DNA from: an uncultured Verrucomicrobiae bacterium
GTDB lineage: Bacteria > Verrucomicrobiota > Verrucomicrobiia > Chthoniobacterales > JAATET01
Length of the DNA stretch: 64,000 nucleotides
NCBI GenBank assembly: GCA_963719495.1
Contig: CAVRCI010000001.1
Location: forward strand, 320,001 to 384,000
Direction of reading: 5' to 3'
Below are positions 20,969 through 31,435 of this stretch, piece after piece. The first letter of the stretch is position 1, and every line of letters starts with the position of its first letter. Both the position numbers and the translations under genes were made by a program. The notes under the pieces were generated by a model. The model saw nothing but the letters and a program-made list of their open reading frames with translations. It searched no databases and was not told where the DNA came from.

Positions 20969-21427
20969 ATGGCCGAGGAATCAACAGTCGGAAAACTTTT
21001 CGCGGGAACCTTCCCGCGAACGATGGACGCGAAGAATCGCGTCTCGCTTCCGTCTGAATGGAAGATTGCCGCCGACGACTCCCTCTACGTCGTCCCCTCC
21101 CTCGATCAGGAATACCTCGCGGCCATGACCCCCGCGATTTTCGCGTCCAAGCAGACCGAGATCCGCGCCAAAGTCCCCGACGACGACTGGCCCGAAATCC
21201 GCCGCTCCGTTTTCGGCGGAGCCCGTCTCATCAAGGCCGACAAACAGGGCCGCATCCTCGTTCCCGACGACCTCTGCAAAGTCGCCGGCATCTCCGGCAA
21301 CGCCACCCTGCTCATCGGCGTCATCGACAACTTCGAAATCTGGGAGCCAACCAAACGCGCCGCCCCCGCAACGAAGGACACGCTCTCCGACGTCGCCCGC
21401 AAGGCCGTCCGAAACATCGGATTCTAG
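20969..21427 (+). CDS. mraZ: Division/cell-wall cluster transcriptional regulator
   Basis: MDAKNRVSLP and DKQGRILVP repeats, IGVIDNFEIW. Confidence 0.9.
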   Translation: MAEESTVGKLFAGTFPRTMDAKNRVSLPSEWKIAADDSLYVVPSLDQEYLAAMTPAIFASKQTEIRAKVPDDDWPEIRRSVFGGARLIKADKQGRILVPDDLCKVAGISGNATLLIGVIDNFEIWEPTKRAAPATKDTLSDVARKAVRNIGF

Positions 21428-21613
21428 CCCCGCCAACTCACCCAATTTTTCAACCCAACACCACACGCCAACCCAAACGGAGGAACCACGAATCGAATGA
21501 AAGGACACGCCGGATGAAATCCACCGGGCACCGCTACCTCGTCGGCTTCAATCCCGCGAAGGACGGGCAACCCGCCGGCGCCATCGTCATTAAATTCAAA
21601 CCTCGCAACGCGT

Positions 21614-22597
21614 ATGAACTGCTTGGACTTCGAAGACCACCTCGACTTGCTCCTGGAAAATTCTGAGCCCGCACCCGGCTCCATGGATTACCACGTTCCC
21701 GTCCTCGCCGACGAAGTCATCACCTTCCTGCGCCCCACCCACGGCGCCACCTTCCTCGACGGCACCCTCGGCGGCGGCGGCCACACCGCCCGTCTACTCG
21801 AAGCCGGCGCCCACGTCGTCGCCCTCGACCGCGACCCCGACGCCCTCGCCTACGCCGGCAACCGACTCGCCCCCTTCGCCGACCGCCTCTCGCTCGTCCA
21901 GTCCAACTACGCCGACGCCGACCGCGCCCTCGACTCCGTCGGCGTCGATCACCTCGACGGAGCCCTCATCGACATCGGCGTCTCGTCCCACCAACTCGAC
22001 GAAGCCACCCGGGGCTTCTCCCTCATGCACGACGGCCCACTCGACATGCGCATGGGCCCCGACGCCACCCAATCCGCCGCCGACCTCGTCAACCACGCCC
22101 CCGCCGAAGAGCTCATCCGAATCTTCCGCGAATACGGCGAGGAAAAATCCGCCAGCCGCATCGCCGCCCACCTGGTCCGCGTCCGCGCCGACCAACCGAT
22201 CACGACGACAGGCCAACTCGCCGACGCCATCTCGCAGATCATCCCCCGCTTCGGCAAACGCCACCCTGCCACCCGAGTCTTCCAAGCCCTCCGCATCGCC
22301 ATCAACGACGAACTCGGCTCCCTCGAACGCGGCCTCGACACCATCACCGACCGACTCGCTCCCGGAGCCCGCTTCGCCGTCATCAGTTTCCATTCCCTCG
22401 AAGACCGCATCGTCAAAAAATACTTCAAACACCGCAGCAACGCCTGGATCGACCGCCCCGAGTGGCCCGAACCCCGCCGCAACCCCGACCGCGCCTTCCG
22501 CCTCCTCACCCCCCACCCCATCGACCCGGGCCCGGAGGAAGTCACCGAAAACCCCCGCTCCCGCAGCGCCAAACTCCGCATCGTCGAACGAATCTAA
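21614..22597 (+). CDS. rsmH: 16S rRNA m4C1402 methyltransferase (alternative start 21683)
   Basis: HVPVL, DGTLGGGGH, DIGVSSHQLD, ISFHSLEDRIVK, NPRSRSAKLR. Confidence 0.96.
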   Translation: MNCLDFEDHLDLLLENSEPAPGSMDYHVPVLADEVITFLRPTHGATFLDGTLGGGGHTARLLEAGAHVVALDRDPDALAYAGNRLAPFADRLSLVQSNYADADRALDSVGVDHLDGALIDIGVSSHQLDEATRGFSLMHDGPLDMRMGPDATQSAADLVNHAPAEELIRIFREYGEEKSASRIAAHLVRVRADQPITTTGQLADAISQIIPRFGKRHPATRVFQALRIAINDELGSLERGLDTITDRLAPGARFAVISFHSLEDRIVKKYFKHRSNAWIDRPEWPEPRRNPDRAFRLLTPHPIDPGPEEVTENPRSRSAKLRIVERI

Positions 22598-22665
22598 AAC
22601 CCACCACCGCAGCCCGCCACCAGCCATCAACTTAAGACTTAATTCTTAAAAACTTAAAACTGACC

Positions 22666-23031
22666 ATGAACACCCGCCGCCGCCCCAACAACACCGTCCA
22701 GCTCCCGAAGATCTTCCTCGTCGTCCTCCTCGCCCTCACCGCGGGCGGAGCCGGCCTCTGCTACCTCACGCTCAAAAATACCCAGCACGCCCTCGGTGAC
22801 CGCGTTCGCCAAACCGAGCGCGAACTCCGCGAGCTCCGCTCCCGCAACCAGGACTTCCAGAGCCGCATCGCCCGCCTGTCCTCGCGCATGGCCCTGCGCA
22901 GCGCCGTCGAAAACGACCTCGTCGCGCTCATCCCCGTCCAGGCCACCGCCATCGCCCGCCTCGTTCCCGCCACGGTCGCCAGCTCCGACGACGTCCTCCG
23001 CACCGCCGCCAACCAATTCCAGCGCCCGTGA
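22666..23031 (+). CDS. ftsL: FtsL-like cell division protein
   Basis: Single TM plus coiled coil, between rsmH and ftsI. Confidence 0.7.
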   Translation: MNTRRRPNNTVQLPKIFLVVLLALTAGGAGLCYLTLKNTQHALGDRVRQTERELRELRSRNQDFQSRIARLSSRMALRSAVENDLVALIPVQATAIARLVPATVASSDDVLRTAANQFQRP

Positions 23032-24776
23032 GGTGGACCGCCCGAACCCGCATCACCGTTGCTAGCATCGTCCTCGCGACGATCTTTACCGGCTTCTCGG
23101 TTCGGCTCATCTACCTCGGCGTTACCAAACACGCCGAATTCGCCGAACTCGCCGCCCGCAAGAATTCGATCCGCCAGACGATCTACGCGGCTCGCGGCCT
23201 CATCTACGATCGCAACGGCGAAGCCCTCACCGAGAACGCCCCCATCCGCACCGCCTTCGCCGACGGCTCCCACATCAAGGACCCCGGCCTCCTCGCCGCC
23301 GCCGCCGCACCCTTCCTCCGCATCGACGAACTCGAGCTCCGCGCCATCCTCACCAAGGCCGTCGAGACCGACGACAAATACGAAATCCTCGCCCGCGGCC
23401 TCCCCGCCGAGAACGCCATCGACCTCCAGAAATTCATGGGGGAACAAGGCCTCCGCGGCATCTACTTCGAGCACGACTCCGAGCGCATCCACCCCAATGG
23501 CTCCATGCTCAGCCACGTCCTCGGATTCACCAACCACGAGCGCATCGGCGTCCAGGGCATCGAAGCCTCGATGGACGAATTCCTCCAGGGCCAGAATGGC
23601 TTCCGCCACATCGAACGCGACCGCACCGGCAAGGAAATCGTCGTCTACCGCGGCCAGGAACGCGCCCCCCGCGACGGTATGAACGTCAGCCTCACCATCG
23701 ACATGGGCATCCAATCCATCGTCGAGGACGAACTCGACGCCGCCTTTGCGGAACTCCGCCCCGAGAAAGCCATCGCCGTCCTCGTCGACCCAAAAACGGG
23801 CGAGGTCCTTGCCATGGCCAACCGCCCCGCCTTCGACCCCGACGACATCGGCTCCGCCGACCCGACCGCGATGAAAAATCGCGCCATCATCGATCAGGTC
23901 GAACCCGGCTCCGTCTTCAAGATCGTTCCCGCCGGCGGCGCGCTCAACGAAGGCATCGTCAACAGCGAGACCACGATCTACTGCGAAAGCGGCCGCTTCG
24001 CCTACGGCGGAAAAATCCTCCGCGACCACCACGGCTACGGGAACCTCAACGTCCACGACATCATCAAGAAGTCGTCGAACATCGGCTGCGCCAAACTCGC
24101 CCTCCGCATGGGCGACAATCTCTTCTACGAATACGCCAAGCGCTTCGGCTTCGGCGAACGCACCGGCATCGAACTCCCCGGCGAGATCTCCGGCACCGTC
24201 CACCCGCCCGCCAATTGGGACGCCCTCACCATCACCCGCATGCCCATGGGCCACGCCGTCGCCGTCACCCCCCTCCAAATGGTCATGGCCATGGCCGTCG
24301 TCGCCAACGGCGGCAACCTCATGGCCCCCCGCGTCGTCAAATCCGTCTCCGACAGCCAGGGCAAAGTCATCCGCGAGTTCGCCCCCAACGTCGTCCGCAA
24401 CGTCCTCAACCCCGAGACCGCGTACCTCCTCAACGACGCCCTCGCCTCCGTCGTCGGCCCCGGCGGCACCGCCCAACTCGCCGCCGTCCCCGGATTCACC
24501 GTCGCGGGCAAAACCGGCACCGCGCAGAAGGTCGCCGACACCGGCGGTTACGCCGACGGCAAATACGTCGTCTCCTTCGTCGGCTACCTCCCCGCCGAAG
24601 ACCCCGCCTTCGTCTGCATCGTCATGATCGACAACCCCGACATCCCCGCCCACCTCAACTACGGAGGCCTCGTAGCCGCCCCCATCTTCTCGAGAATCTC
24701 CGAAAGAACCGCCCGCCAAATGGATCTAAAACCAGTCATGCGAGCCGAAGCCGTGGTCGCCACCAGCAAACGATGA
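23028..24776 (+). CDS. ftsI: Class B penicillin-binding protein
   Basis: EPGSVFK (SxxK), SSN, KTGT. Confidence 0.93.
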   Translation: MRWTARTRITVASIVLATIFTGFSVRLIYLGVTKHAEFAELAARKNSIRQTIYAARGLIYDRNGEALTENAPIRTAFADGSHIKDPGLLAAAAAPFLRIDELELRAILTKAVETDDKYEILARGLPAENAIDLQKFMGEQGLRGIYFEHDSERIHPNGSMLSHVLGFTNHERIGVQGIEASMDEFLQGQNGFRHIERDRTGKEIVVYRGQERAPRDGMNVSLTIDMGIQSIVEDELDAAFAELRPEKAIAVLVDPKTGEVLAMANRPAFDPDDIGSADPTAMKNRAIIDQVEPGSVFKIVPAGGALNEGIVNSETTIYCESGRFAYGGKILRDHHGYGNLNVHDIIKKSSNIGCAKLALRMGDNLFYEYAKRFGFGERTGIELPGEISGTVHPPANWDALTITRMPMGHAVAVTPLQMVMAMAVVANGGNLMAPRVVKSVSDSQGKVIREFAPNVVRNVLNPETAYLLNDALASVVGPGGTAQLAAVPGFTVAGKTGTAQKVADTGGYADGKYVVSFVGYLPAEDPAFVCIVMIDNPDIPAHLNYGGLVAAPIFSRISERTARQMDLKPVMRAEAVVATSKR

Positions 24777-24894
24777 AACAAACCGGCGAGCGCAGCGAGC
24801 GAGGGGACCGCGAGCTTCCAGCTCGCTCAAGCTGGCTTCCAGCCAGCTTGCTCCAACCCAAAAACGAGCGAAGCGAGTTCAAACCAACCTACCA

Positions 24895-26412
24895 GTGACC
24901 ACCGACCTAAAAAAACTCCTGGTAAAGAGCAACATCCACCCCCCCGCGGATGCGGGAAACCGCGTCGTCACCTCCCTCGCCTACGACTCCCGCCAGGTCA
25001 CCCCCGGTGCCCTTTTCTTCGCCCTCTCCGGCGAGCACACCACCGGCGCCACCCACGCCCAGCAAGCCGCCGCCAACGGAGCCACCGCCATCGTCTCCGA
25101 GATCGACCTCCCCGACCTCGCCTCCGACAGCTCCCAAGTCCCCCCAGTCCCGGTCGCCCGCGTCCCCGACGCCCGAGCCGCCATGGCCGACGTCGCGAAA
25201 GTCTACCACGACAACCCCGCCGCCCACCTCAAAGCCATCGGCATCACCGGCACGAACGGCAAGACCACCACCGCCTTCCTCGTCAAACACATCTGCGACA
25301 CCGTCCTCCACCGTTGCGGCCTCATCGGCACGGTCCGCACCGTCGCCGGCGACCGCACCTTCGACTCCGTCCGCACCACCCCCGAGTCCCCCGACGTCCA
25401 GAGCCTCCTCGCCGAGATGGTCGACGCCGGCTCCCGCGCCGTCGCCATGGAGGTCTCCTCCCACGCCCTCGTCCAGCACCGCGTCCGCGGCATCGACTGG
25501 GACGCCGCCATTTTCACGAATCTCACCCAGGACCACCTCGACTACCACAAGTCGATGGACCGCTACTTCGACGCCAAAGCCTCCCTCTTCGAAAACGTCT
25601 ACGCGCAAACCGCCAAACGCGGAAAGTCGATCATCAACGCCGACGACCGCTACGGCCGCTTCCTCATCGAGCGCCTCCCGAAAAACGCCAAACCCTTCAC
25701 CTACGGCCTCGGCGTCCACCCGCAGTATCGCGCCTCCAACGTCCGCATCGACTTCACCGGCACCCAGTATCAGCTCACCGCCCGCAACCGCGAATACCTC
25801 GTCCGCACCCCGCTCATCGGGATGTTCAACGTCTACAACACCCTCGCCGCCCTCACCGCCTGCGCCGCCATCGGCATCGAAATCCGCAAGGCCGTCGCCG
25901 CCCTCGCCACCGCTCCGCAAATCCCCGGCCGCCTCGAGCGAGTCCCCGCCAAACGCAATTTCCACATCTTCGTCGACTACGCCCACACCGACGACGCCCT
26001 CACCAACGTCCTCCGCACCCTCCGCGACCTCCAACCCCACCGCCTCATCTGCGTCTTCGGCTGCGGCGGCGACCGCGACCGAAAAAAGCGTCCCCTCATG
26101 GGCAAAGCCGTCGCCCAACTCGCCGACTACGCCATCGTAACCTCCGACAACCCCCGGAGCGAAGATCCCGACCGCATCCTCCGCGACATCGTCCACGGCA
26201 TGCGCGACACCGGCCACGAAACCATCGTCGACCGCAAAGAAGCCATTTACCGCGCGGTCGAGCTAGCCAGCCAGGGCGACATCATCCTCATCGCCGGCAA
26301 AGGCCACGAAACCTACCAGGAATTCGCCAACAACCGCCGAATCGACTTCGACGACATCTCCGTCGCCCGCAACGCCATCCAAGCCAAACCCACCATCAAA
26401 GAAGAACTCTAA
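24895..26412 (+). CDS. murE: UDP-MurNAc-tripeptide synthetase
   Basis: TGTNGKTT, MEVSSH, DYAHT, DNPR (meso-DAP type), AGKGHETYQ. Confidence 0.96.
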   Translation: MTTDLKKLLVKSNIHPPADAGNRVVTSLAYDSRQVTPGALFFALSGEHTTGATHAQQAAANGATAIVSEIDLPDLASDSSQVPPVPVARVPDARAAMADVAKVYHDNPAAHLKAIGITGTNGKTTTAFLVKHICDTVLHRCGLIGTVRTVAGDRTFDSVRTTPESPDVQSLLAEMVDAGSRAVAMEVSSHALVQHRVRGIDWDAAIFTNLTQDHLDYHKSMDRYFDAKASLFENVYAQTAKRGKSIINADDRYGRFLIERLPKNAKPFTYGLGVHPQYRASNVRIDFTGTQYQLTARNREYLVRTPLIGMFNVYNTLAALTACAAIGIEIRKAVAALATAPQIPGRLERVPAKRNFHIFVDYAHTDDALTNVLRTLRDLQPHRLICVFGCGGDRDRKKRPLMGKAVAQLADYAIVTSDNPRSEDPDRILRDIVHGMRDTGHETIVDRKEAIYRAVELASQGDIILIAGKGHETYQEFANNRRIDFDDISVARNAIQAKPTIKEEL

Positions 26413-26514
26413 GAAAAAGCAAACGGAGTGGGGACGTCTCGTCCCCGACCCCGGCAATGCGAAGCGAGCCGAAGAAACCCCACCAGTCACGAATCACCAA
26501 TCACGCGCCGAGAA

Positions 26515-27924
26515 ATGGACCCGCTCACCCTCAACCAAATCGCCACCTGGACCAAGGCCACCCTTGTGTCCGGCGATGAGTCGAGCGCCCTCACCGTCAC
26601 GCGCATTTCCAAAGACACGCGCACTCTCCAGCCCGGCGACCTCTACCTCGCCCTCCACGGCGACAACCACGACGGCAACAAGTTTGTCGCCGCCGCCATC
26701 AAACGCGGAGCCGCCGCCGCCCTCGTCGACGCCGACGTCGACACCCCGCCCAACTTCCCCGTCATTCGCGTCGCCAACACCCTCGCCGCCCTCCAAGCCC
26801 TTGCCACCGCCTACCGCGACGAACTCAACCTCCACGTCATTGGAATCACCGGATCCAGCGGCAAGACGAGCACCAAAGAGTTCACCGCCGCCGTCCTCTC
26901 CGCGCGCTACCCCGTCACGAAAACGATCGGCAATCTCAACAACCACTTTGGCCTCCCCCTCACCATCCTTGAAGCCACCGCCACCCACCAAGCCGCCGTC
27001 TGGGAAATGGGCATGAACCATCCCGGCGAGATTGCCGCCCTCGCCGCGATCGCGAAACCAAACACCGCGATCATCACGAACGTCGGCACCGCCCACATCG
27101 AATTCTTCCCCGAAACCGGTCGCAAAGGCATCGCCGTCGAAAAATCCGCCCTCGCCGAAGCGATCAGCCCCGACGGCGTCGTCATCATCCCAAACGAAGA
27201 CGACCACGCCGACTTCATCGCCACCCGCACGCGCGCCCGCGTCGTCCGAGCCGGCCTCACCGGCGGCCAAGTCACCGGCAAGATCAAGAAAACCACCCCC
27301 GACGGCACCACCTTCCAGATCGAGGCCTACGGTGAGACCACCACGGCCCACCTCCCCGTCCCCGGCGAGCACATGGTCCGCAACGCCCTCCTCGCCATCG
27401 CCGCCGGCCTCGAGCACGGCCTCTCCCTCGAGGACTGCGTCGAAGGCCTCGCCACCGCCCGCCTCACCGGTGGCCGCTTCAAGCAAAGCCTCGTCCGCGG
27501 CATCCGCCTCATCGACGACAGTTACAACGCCAACCCCGACTCCGTCGAAGCCGCCCTCAAAACGCTGGCCACCTTCCCCACCACCGGCCGCCGCATCGCC
27601 GTCCTCGGCAAAATGGGCGAGTTGGGAACCTACGAAGCCGAAGGCTACGAAAGAGCCGGCCAAGCCGCCGCCACCCACGCCGACATCCTCATCACCACCG
27701 GCCCGGAAACCGCCCCCCTGGCCGAAGCCGCCCGCCACGCTGGACTAAGCCAAGTCGAAGAAACCACCGACACCACCGAGACCGCCACCCTCCTCCGCGA
27801 CCTGGCCCACGAAGGCGACACCATCCTCATCAAAGGCAGCCGAGCCGCAAAGATGGAACAGATCATCGAGAGCTTCGCGTCCTCGAATCCCACCATTCAC
27901 CATTCACCATTCACCATTCACTAG
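26515..27924 (+). CDS. murF: UDP-MurNAc-pentapeptide synthetase
   Basis: TGSSGKTSTKE, EMGMNHPGEI, DSYNANP, KGSR. Confidence 0.95.
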   Translation: MDPLTLNQIATWTKATLVSGDESSALTVTRISKDTRTLQPGDLYLALHGDNHDGNKFVAAAIKRGAAAALVDADVDTPPNFPVIRVANTLAALQALATAYRDELNLHVIGITGSSGKTSTKEFTAAVLSARYPVTKTIGNLNNHFGLPLTILEATATHQAAVWEMGMNHPGEIAALAAIAKPNTAIITNVGTAHIEFFPETGRKGIAVEKSALAEAISPDGVVIIPNEDDHADFIATRTRARVVRAGLTGGQVTGKIKKTTPDGTTFQIEAYGETTTAHLPVPGEHMVRNALLAIAAGLEHGLSLEDCVEGLATARLTGGRFKQSLVRGIRLIDDSYNANPDSVEAALKTLATFPTTGRRIAVLGKMGELGTYEAEGYERAGQAAATHADILITTGPETAPLAEAARHAGLSQVEETTDTTETATLLRDLAHEGDTILIKGSRAAKMEQIIESFASSNPTIHHSPFTIH

Positions 27925-29069
27925 TGTTCTACTACCTCTACAGTCTAAGCGAGCACCTCAAAGCCAGCGGCTTCGAGAACGACTTCGTCAGCGCGCTCAA
28001 CGTCTTTCGCTACGTTACCTTCCGGGGCATCTGCGCCGGCGTCACCGCGTTCCTCCTCTCGCTGATGTTCGGCAACTTCGTCATCCGCAAGCTCATCTCG
28101 CTCAAGTTCGGCCAACCCGTCCGCACCAAGGAGGAGGTCAACAAACTCTTCGAACTCCACGGCTCCAAAGCCGGCACGCCCACCATGGGCGGCATCCTCC
28201 TCCTCGGCAGCGTTCTCGTTTCCACCCTCCTCTGGGCCAAGTATTCGAACCCCTTCGTCTGGCTCGTCCTCGTCGTCATGCTCGCCCACGGCATGATCGG
28301 CTTCTACGACGACTGGCAAAAAGTCGCCAAGAAGAACAGCAAAGGCATCAGTTCCCGCGCCAAGTTCGGCCTTCAGTGCCTCCTCGCCGCCGGCGTCACC
28401 GTCTTCTTCATGTTCTATCCCTTCAACGGCGAACCCACCCTCTGGCCCCTCGCCCGCGAGCTCTACGTACCGTTCTTCAAAGCCCCGATCATCCCGAATC
28501 TCGGCATCTTCGCCTTCGTCCTCTACCTCTTCGTCATCGTCGGCACCTCCAACGCCGTCAACCTCACCGACGGACTCGACGGACTCGCCGCCGGCTGCAC
28601 CGTCTCCGTCGCCGCCACCTACGCCGCTCTCGCCTACGTGGCGGGCAACTCCATCGCCGCTGGCTACCTCGACATCCCGTTCGTCGTCCCCGCCGGCGAA
28701 GTCGCCATCCTCTGCATGGCCTTGGCCGGAGCGGGCTTGGGCTTCCTCTGGTGGAATTGCCACCCCGCCCGCGTCTTCATGGGCGACACCGGCTCCTTGG
28801 CCATCGGCGGGATGCTCGGAGCCGTCGCCATCTGCGTGAAGCAGGAATTCCTCCTGGCGATCGTCGGAGGCGTCTTCGTCATCGAAGCCCTCTCCGTCAT
28901 CGGTCAGGTCGCCAGCTTCAAACTAACCAAAAAACGAATCTTCCGTATGGCCCCCATCCACCACCACTTCGAGCTAAGCGGTTGGAAGGAAAGCACCGTC
29001 ATCGTCCGCTTCTGGATCATGTCCCTCATCTTCGCCCTACTAGGCCTGGCAACCTTAAAACTCAGATGA
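27924..29069 (+). CDS. mraY: Phospho-MurNAc-pentapeptide transferase
   Basis: GTPTMGG, NAVNLTDGLDGL, FMGDTGS, MAPIHHHFE. Confidence 0.97.
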   Translation: MFYYLYSLSEHLKASGFENDFVSALNVFRYVTFRGICAGVTAFLLSLMFGNFVIRKLISLKFGQPVRTKEEVNKLFELHGSKAGTPTMGGILLLGSVLVSTLLWAKYSNPFVWLVLVVMLAHGMIGFYDDWQKVAKKNSKGISSRAKFGLQCLLAAGVTVFFMFYPFNGEPTLWPLARELYVPFFKAPIIPNLGIFAFVLYLFVIVGTSNAVNLTDGLDGLAAGCTVSVAATYAALAYVAGNSIAAGYLDIPFVVPAGEVAILCMALAGAGLGFLWWNCHPARVFMGDTGSLAIGGMLGAVAICVKQEFLLAIVGGVFVIEALSVIGQVASFKLTKKRIFRMAPIHHHFELSGWKESTVIVRFWIMSLIFALLGLATLKLR

Positions 29070-29192
29070 ACAAATTGGGGAGCGCGGGCTTCCAGCCCGC
29101 CCTGCCGAGCTTCCAGCTCGGCAGTCGTCCCAAAAGCGCGAAGCGCCAAACTAATAACCAATAACTAATAACCAATAACCAATACCTCCTCA

Positions 29193-30515
29193 GTGATCCA
29201 CAGCGGAAAAAACACCCTGGTCCTCGGCCTCGGCCACAGCGGCCGCGCCGCCGCCATCCTCCTCCAGGAGGAAGGCGCCCGCGTCACCGTGTCCGACTCC
29301 AACGACACCCCCGCCCTCCGCGAATCCGCCGCCGAACTCCTCACCCACGGCATCACCACCCTCCTCGGCCCCACCGCCGAGACCGACCCCACCCGCTACG
29401 ACCTCTGCGTCCTCAGCCCCGGCATCGACCCCGCCAACGCCATCGTCCAAAACGTCGCCGCCAAAAACATCCCGATCATCGGCGAACTCGAGCTCGCCTT
29501 CGAAGAATGTCACTGCCCCGTCGTCGCCATCACCGGCACCAACGGCAAGACCACCACGACCCTCCTCACGACCCACCTCCTCAACGCCGCCGGAGTCCGC
29601 ACCACCGCCAGCGGCAACATCGGCACCCCCTTCGCCCAGGCCATCCGCGAGTCCCGCGCGCTCGACGTCATGACCCTCGAAGCCTCCTCCTTCCAGCTCG
29701 AGACGCTCCGCCACTTCAAAGCCCACGTCGCGGTCTGGCTCAACTTCAGCCCCGACCACCTCGACCGCTACGCCGACCTCGCCGAATACCGCGCCGCCAA
29801 ACTCCACGTCTTCGAGCGCCAGACCGCCACCGACTTCGCCGTCGTCAACGCCCGCGAAGCCGCCGACCTCCCCACGGCCCCCGCCACCACCGTCACCTTC
29901 AGCGCCCACGTCGCCGACGCCGACTTCACCCTCACCGGCACCACGCTCCACTTCCGCGGCCAACCCATCCTCGATCAAAACAACACCCCCCTCCGCGGAG
30001 CCCACAACGCCGAAAACCTCATGGCCGCTCTCGCGATCGGCCACTGCCTGGGCGTCGACCTCGACCGCCTCGCCGCCGCCGCCGCCAGCTTCCCGGCCCC
30101 CGCCCACCGCTGCGAATTCGTCCGCGAACTCGACGGCATCCGCTACGTCAACGACTCCAAAGCCACCACCCTCGAGTCCACCGCCGCCGCCCTCACCGCC
30201 TCCGACACCCCGATTGTCCTCATCGCCGGCGGCAAGGATAAAGGTTTCGAGTTTCACCCGCTTGCCGAACCAGTGAAGGCAAAAATCCGCGCCGCCGTTC
30301 TCATCGGAGAAATGAAGGACCGCATCGCCGCCGACTGGCCCGACACCGACACCCACCTCGCCACGACACTCGAAGAAGCCGTCACCACCGCCCGCCGCCT
30401 CGCGCAACCCGGCGACACCGTCATCCTCTCCCCCGGCACCAGCAGCTTCGACATGTTCACCAACTACGGAGCCCGCGGCAACGCCTTCAAAGCCGCCGTC
30501 CAGGCTCTCGAATAA
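29193..30515 (+). CDS. murD: UDP-MurNAc-L-Ala:D-Glu ligase
   Basis: TGTNGKTT, EASSFQL, DHLDRY, NDSKAT. Confidence 0.96.
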   Translation: MIHSGKNTLVLGLGHSGRAAAILLQEEGARVTVSDSNDTPALRESAAELLTHGITTLLGPTAETDPTRYDLCVLSPGIDPANAIVQNVAAKNIPIIGELELAFEECHCPVVAITGTNGKTTTTLLTTHLLNAAGVRTTASGNIGTPFAQAIRESRALDVMTLEASSFQLETLRHFKAHVAVWLNFSPDHLDRYADLAEYRAAKLHVFERQTATDFAVVNAREAADLPTAPATTVTFSAHVADADFTLTGTTLHFRGQPILDQNNTPLRGAHNAENLMAALAIGHCLGVDLDRLAAAAASFPAPAHRCEFVRELDGIRYVNDSKATTLESTAAALTASDTPIVLIAGGKDKGFEFHPLAEPVKAKIRAAVLIGEMKDRIAADWPDTDTHLATTLEEAVTTARRLAQPGDTVILSPGTSSFDMFTNYGARGNAFKAAVQALE

Positions 30516-30562
30516 TTTCTCATTTCCAAAAAACAAAACCAAGAACCACCAGCCAGCCGACC

Positions 30563-31435
30563 ATGAAAATCAAACTGCCCAACCGCCAAAAAGCAGCCGC
30601 CCCCCGCCCCGCGCGCCGCCCCGGAGCCACCACTCGCAAAGGCCCCGTCAAACTCAACGCCGCCGTCGCCCGCCGCGCCCCGCGCATGGTCGAGGAAGAC
30701 GAGGATGACTACTACGACGAGCAGGAGCCCAACATGAAGCTCTCCCACGCTTTCGTCGTGGTCCTCGTCCTCCACGTCATCGCCGTCGCCGGAGTCTTCG
30801 CGTTCAACACCATCAAAACCCGCCAAAGCCCCGTCTTCAGCGAAGAGACTGCTGACAAAACGGAGAACTTCGCCACGGCCCCCGTTGCCAAGACCGACCC
30901 CGCCGAGGAACCCGCCGCCGCCGCCCGCACCTTCGAACCCCGCGGCCTCACCGAGAACCCCAACGAAGCCCAATCGGCTTCCGAGAAGGCAACCGCCGAG
31001 TTCGCTGGCAAAACCCACGAAATGCGCCCCGGCGACACCCTCACCCGCATCTCCAGTCTCTACGGCGTGAGCATCGCCGCCATCCAGGCCGAGAACAACA
31101 TCACCGACCCCACCAAAATCCGAGTCGGCGAGATCCTCCGCATCCCCGCCCCCGGGGCACCAGCAACGGCCGCGCCAGTCGTCCAACAATCCGCACCGGC
31201 GGCAGCTAAACCGGTCGCCGTCGAGAAAACCGCACCCGCCCCGGTCGCCGCAGCAGCAACGGAAGCCCCAGCCACCGGATCAACCACGGTCTACGAAGTC
31301 GCCTCCGGCGACAACCCCTGGAGCATCGCGAAGAAGCTCAACGTCAGCTACCAGAAGCTCATCGAGCTCAACGAAATCAGCGACCCGACGAAGATCCAGA
31401 TCGGCCAGAAACTGAAGGTCCCAGCGTCGAACTAA
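30563..31435 (+). CDS. Membrane-anchored protein with two LysM domains
   Basis: One TM; HEMRPGDTLTRIS...I.VGEILRIP and YEVASGDNPWSIAK...IQIGQKLKVP. Confidence 0.9.
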   Translation: MKIKLPNRQKAAAPRPARRPGATTRKGPVKLNAAVARRAPRMVEEDEDDYYDEQEPNMKLSHAFVVVLVLHVIAVAGVFAFNTIKTRQSPVFSEETADKTENFATAPVAKTDPAEEPAAAARTFEPRGLTENPNEAQSASEKATAEFAGKTHEMRPGDTLTRISSLYGVSIAAIQAENNITDPTKIRVGEILRIPAPGAPATAAPVVQQSAPAAAKPVAVEKTAPAPVAAAATEAPATGSTTVYEVASGDNPWSIAKKLNVSYQKLIELNEISDPTKIQIGQKLKVPASN

